Source of the DNA: Lama glama
Taxonomy: Eukaryota
Length of the DNA stretch: 64,000 bases
Assembly: GCA_028534125.1 (NCBI GenBank)
Contig: CM052817.1
Span: forward strand, 52,330,001 to 52,394,000
Direction of reading: 5' to 3'
The number at the start of each line of letters is the position of its first letter. The first letter of the stretch is position 1. The position numbers were made by a program, and so were the translations under genes. Shown here one piece after another: positions 63,646 to 64,000 of the stretch. Under the pieces are notes generated by a model. That model did no database searches and was not told the DNA's origin. It worked only from the letters and a program-made list of their open reading frames with translations.

Positions 63646-64000
63646 CCTTCATTCCACTGAGTCCTAATTTATTCTCATTGATACAGCCTATCTCCATTTC
63701 CTTTTTTTTTTTCTGTTTAAAGGCAGAATAAGGGAGGTAAGGAGGAGCAGAAATAAATGAATCATAGGGAGAAGTATTATATCCATTAATAAACCTTAAG
63801 TTTTTTAAAGTGTCAAACTCTATTCTCCATTCAAAAACAATTTTAAATAGACACACTTAAAAATGAGTCCTGCTAAGAATCTTATTATTGACATTGCATC
63901 AACTTGACCTTAAATTTGGACTTGTTAAATAAAAGCTGTGGGTAAAATGTAAATTGTGGAAGGCTATTCAGTTCGTGTTCCTAACTGTAAATCTATAAGA

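Noticed and set aside
1..64000. CRISPR arrays, operons, rRNA or any novel multi-gene system
   Set aside because: This is mammalian intronic and intergenic DNA; no regularly spaced repeat-spacer array, long intact ORF or second gene is visible.

Overview
AT-rich, CpG-poor mammalian genomic DNA containing the 5' part of TECRL (trans-2,3-enoyl-CoA reductase-like) on the + strand. It has about 12 kb of upstream sequence, coding exon 1 (12082-12315), exon 2 (38076-38127) and exon 3 (63325-63369), separated by two ~25 kb GT-AG introns; the gene continues beyond the window. The exons splice in frame to [110 protein letters not shown](G). A tRNA-derived Vic-1-type SINE with a perfect 16-bp target-site duplication points to a camelid. 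The rest is old interspersed repeats (L1, L2, MIR, MaLR/ERV solo LTRs), microsatellites and a 500-N assembly gap. I found no evidence for a novel multi-gene system. The items worth a second look are regulatory or translational features of TECRL and a few nested insertions. Repeat family names and human TECRL comparisons come from recall, not from a search; boundaries of old repeats are approximate.
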